Shown here: positions 61,317-64,000 of the stretch, piece by piece | Layout: each line of letters begins with the position of its first letter | How positions within the stretch are numbered: position 1 is the first letter of the stretch | Assembly: GCA_965649825.1 (NCBI GenBank) | Contig: OZ287702.1 | Span: 1,230,786-1,294,785 of the forward strand | Direction of reading: 5' to 3' | Length of the DNA: 64,000 nt | Source: Penicillus capitatus | Taxonomy: Eukaryota; Plantae; Chlorophyta | Made by a program: the position numbers and the translations under genes | Notes under the pieces: generated by a model | What the model saw: the letters and a program-made list of their open reading frames with translations, nothing else | Databases searched by the model: none | What the model was told of the DNA's origin: nothing

Positions 61317-64000
61317 TTAAGGTCTCAACATGCATTCCAGCTTATATGCAATAATAGAGAACGGTGGTCGACGAGTCGGTTCGGGATCCCAGCACGACAC
61401 CATCAGCTCAATCCATTGTCGAGGGCAATCCCTCGCAATGGTCGGCCTCAGGGATCCTTCCAACATACGGTACAACACATCGGCAGCAGACATGTCCGGA
61501 TACGGCTCCGCCCCGAGCGACCATATCTCCCAAAGGACAATTGCAAAAGAATACACATCGACCTACGACCAACCACATCCAGGCGATCGTATGAGGAAGG
61601 CATTGGATATATGTGAGGGTCCTTCACCTTGTCGCTGGCACGTGGTGGCTCAGAAGGTTGATTCGGAGAGGTTCTGCTAGGCATTGCAGGGAAGAGCTCG
61701 GGGGCCATCCATGGCAACGTTCCTCGCATGCTCCCAGTTACGAATGATGCTATCTTGTGCTTGGAAAGCCCGACGTCGGCAACTTTTACGACGGGGCGAG
61801 ACAAATCTCGAAGATCACATAGAAAATTCTCGGCTTTAACGTCGAAGTGAATAATGTTCCGGGAGTGCAAGTATTCCATTGCATGCGCAGCCTGCAGTGC
61901 GATGAGGGCCTTTATACGCATGTCCAATGTACTCTGCATAGAGGAATGAATCCTTAAGTAGGGCAGCCGTATGGTGCACTTTGCCTGACCTGTCTTCCCG
62001 GTTCTCTTCTCAACTTTCGGAGCTGTGCTTTCAAAGATCCACCAACCATGTACTCAATGACGATGCCATGAACATTAACCCCACGGCAAACCCCAAAAAG
62101 AGTGACAACACTGGGGTGTTTCAACATTGAAAGAGTCTTGGTTTCCTAGAGCAGTGACATCGGATGGTATGCACGATCGAGACAATGGCTCACTTGATGG
62201 AGGGCTCTGTCTTTTTCATGTGGATCGTTGTGATAAAATTCCTTCATAGCAACATCGACACCATGCCATTTTGCTAGATATACACAACCCGATCCTCCAG
62301 ACCCTAATTGCTTGACCTGTATGTACAGCCACACGATTGGAGTGAGAACTGAGTATGGATCGATGTTCACTTTCACGATCTCTTTCTCTCTGATTTCCTG
62401 AATGGGAGTGAATTCTAACTGATCGATTGTCAATTCACTCGTGCTGGCTTCGCCTGGCAGCGGCGTCGCCTGATCAGATTCTTCTGGCAGCTTCGAAGGC
62501 ATGTCCATTGTGTCTGGTGTGGTGACACGTTTCCTTTCTACAAACCACCGCAATTGCCTTCCAACATCCAAAACGAGTTCTGCGTACCGATGCGATCATA
62601 GATTCCTTTTCTACCATCGTATCCGTCTTTACGGTGGAATTCTGGAAACTACAAGAAGCAGATGTGAAATTGTTTACATCAGCGAACGAGTCTAAAGGAT
62701 TTGTGCACAAGAAGATTTACTTCTCGATCTTTCACCTCCATTTGAGTCTCCAACAGTTGCTTCAATTTGTCGCGGAACTCCTTGAAATCTTCTGGATAAT
62801 CATCTGGGGAGGGATCAGGATTTTCAGAATATGTTTCTTCTTCATCTTGATCATCATGTGCTTGCTCATCATGAGGCGAAAGAGGCTTCGGTGCTTGTGA
62901 TAGAACCCCTGGCTCTCTGGATTCGATGGGTGCGGTGATCGCATGAGATTCGCCTTCGAGTGACTGTACTGTTTCAGTACCTGCCTGAACGTGAAACAAC
63001 AAACGTCCGCTTGTCAATTCTCTTCGCAGCAGCATTCAAGCCCTCACTCCTTCGCGTGTGGAGGACGTGCCGTGTCCACCTGAGCCGCGTTGTGAGACCG
63101 TCGGAGGCTCTTCGCTTTCTCTCACTGTCCCTGACGTTTCGGCCTGTGGCTGCGGCTCTGTAGTCTGTCCACAACGCTTCAATGACGTGCCTTCCAATAT
63201 ATATCTCCTACCCTGTGCGCGTCACGAAATTTTCGTCCGCGGTTGGAGATGGCTTTTCGAAGCGAGGTTTTCCTCCGCGTTTGCGGTTGGATAGTATCTT
63301 CTGGGTTGCTGAAGCACCCACCCTGCAGACAGAAGTGTTTTTTAGTGGATTTTTATTTCTTTATAGAACGGTCGACGGACGGCGTTGGTTAGTCCGTTAC
63401 CATGATAAGCGTTTCACTTGTTCAAGAATACTTCTCGTCAGAGCCGAGTCGATTGCATTTAGGAGGACAACGTCGTTTTGGGAAACACACAGCACATCCG
63501 TTTTACTTTCAACTTTACAAGACGAGTTGTTTTCGTTGAAATACACGAACAGGGATGCCCCCCAACCGACAGTCAAGATTTGAAGAATCTGATTGCTCAT
63601 TTATGAAACGTCTGATGCCGCTCTTCCCAAAAAATAGATCTCGGGGATTCCTAAAGCGATTGCCAAGACAACGGGCGTTCGTCCTTTTGCATCGGAGGCA
63701 TGAGGGTCAGCTCCACAATCGATCAGCAACCGCGAGGATGGCAGGTGCTGACCCATAACGGCAGCATGAAGTGGAGTCAATTTTTGCTTATCTGTCAGCG
63801 TTGCATCTGCCCCACGATTCAGAAGACTGAAAACACACTCAGCCATGACCATGACCCTGAGAGATAGACGCCTTACGAGGTTAACAATATGTCATTGCCC
63901 TTGGAGGCTGCCTCGAACAAAGGTGACCGACCTTCGTTATTGATACAGTTCACGTCGGTCTCGAGCTCGAGCAGATACTCGACCACCTCAGTCTTTTCTT
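61317..64000 (-). CDS. Ankyrin-repeat Raf-like (TKL) protein kinase, 5' end outside window (multi-exon)
   Basis: Ankyrin repeats (GADATLTDKQKLTPLHAAV, GADPHASDAKGRTP) and a coiled-coil segment. Kinase motifs LGSGGSGCVY, VAMKEF, HFDVKAENFLCDLRDLSRPVVKVADVGLSK, RGTLPWMAPE and DVYSFAIVLWE. Confidence 0.92.

Noticed and set aside
1-64000. tRNA, rRNA or snRNA genes; prokaryotic operon reading with GTG/TTG starts
   Set aside because: No convincing cloverleaf or snRNA signature was seen by eye. Spliceosomal introns show the DNA is eukaryotic, so non-ATG starts in the ORF track were not used.

Overview
Gene-dense eukaryotic nuclear DNA of about 50-52% GC with many very short (about 45-60 nt) GT-AG introns. 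A compact-genome green alga with a flagellated stage is the best inference, based on plastid-type CDP-DAG synthase, SAL1, an OPR-like repeat protein and DNAAF5. The species cannot be determined from sequence alone. The left part (4-17.6 kb) is an extracellular-protein block: a large bacterial-type alpha-2-macroglobulin-like gene with no thioester motif and a C-terminal EGF module, a divergently transcribed subtilase whose catalytic Asp and Ser and oxyanion Asn are all substituted, and a triple-fasciclin gene. From 17.7-23.4 kb lies a mobile-element island with a decayed Penelope-like RT and an intact 850-bp TRIM (identical 148-bp LTRs, TSD, PBS, PPT). The rest is mostly tightly packed housekeeping genes (mL46, PI4KA, VPS54, C9orf78/CSU2, LTV1, DDX55, CDS, SAL1, mitoferrin, DNAAF5, an ankyrin Raf-like kinase), several orphans and a Cys/Tyr/Lys-rich secreted protein. 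Family assignments come from motifs recognised by eye. Exon boundaries were inferred manually and no database search was run.
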